Of a stretch of 64,000 nt of DNA, positions 63,296-64,000 are shown one piece after another. The notes below the pieces were generated by a model that ran no database searches, was not told where the DNA came from, and worked only from the letters and a program-made list of their open reading frames with translations. The first letter of the stretch is position 1, and each line of letters starts with the position of its first letter. This stretch comes from Macrostomum lignano (Eukaryota): NCBI GenBank assembly GCA_002269645.1, contig NIVC01000247.1, positions 1-64,000 on the forward strand. Direction: 5' to 3'. The translations under genes were made by a program, and so were the position numbers.

Positions 63296-64000
63296 TTGTA
63301 AATGTGTTTGATTGCAACTGAGACCTGCTGTAAATGTGTTTGATTGCAACTGAGACCTGCTGTAAATGTGTTTGATTGCAACTGAGACCTGCTGTAAATG
63401 TGTTTAATTGCAACTGAGACCTGCTGTAAATGTGTTTAATTGCAACTGAGACCTGCTGTAAATGTGTTTAATTGCAACTGAGACCTGCTGTAAATGTGTT
63501 TAATTGCAACTGAGACCTGCTGTAAATGTGTTTAATTGCAACTAAAACTCAGTTGTAAATGTGTGTTTGATTGCAACTGAGACCTGCTGTAAATGTGTTT
63601 AATTGCAACTGAGACCTGCTGTAAATGTGTGTTTAATTGCAACTGAGACCTGCTGTAAATGAGTGTTTAATTGCAACTGAGACCTGCTGTAAATGTGTGT
63701 TTGATTGCAACTGAGACCTGCTGTAAATGTGTTTAATTGCAACTAAAACTCAGTTGTAAATGTGTGTTTGATTGCAACTGAGACCTGCTGTAAATGTGTT
63801 TAATTGCAACTGAGACCTGCTGTAAATGTGTGTTTAATTGCAACTGAGACCTGCTGTAAATGTGTGTTTAATTGCAACTGAGACCTGCTGTAAATGTGTT
63901 TAATTGCAACTGAGACCTGCTGTAAATGTGTGTTTAATTGCAACTGAGACCTGCTGTAAATGTGTGTTTGATTGCAACTGAGACCTGCTGTAAATGTGTG
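63296..64000. repeat. 32-34-bp minisatellite TGTAAATGTG(TG)TTTAATTGCAACTGAGACCTGC, runs off the window end
   Basis: About 21 tandem copies. Confidence 0.96.

Overview
Repeat-rich eukaryotic (invertebrate metazoan) genomic DNA. It has GT-AG introns, GC-rich exons, TTAGGG-type repeats and very long micro/minisatellites. The style is consistent with a free-living flatworm such as Macrostomum, but that assignment is inference only. Most ORFs in the supplied track are artefacts of simple repeats. 1-18 kb: a nest of Helitron-like elements carrying two related 23-bp satellite arrays. 20-33 kb: a large exon encoding a Mab-21/cGAS-like receptor (cGLR) lacking its N-terminal part, plus a minus-strand single-Ig, single-TM, PPPY-tail gene with a Gypsy remnant in its intron. 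34.8-47 kb: two complete, convergent 8-exon ABCH-type half-transporter paralogues. They share a near-identical tract over the NBD exons, and both carry a tandemly amplified 5' splice site. Intron 5 of the minus copy holds a ~230-bp tRNA/SINE-like insert with a perfect minimal type I hammerhead ribozyme in sense orientation. 50 kb: intronless RPS6. 51-60 kb: AT-rich transposon debris. 61-62 kb: a two-exon, cysteine-rich serum amyloid A-like gene. Exon models were built by eye from splice sites and frame continuity; no database searches were possible.
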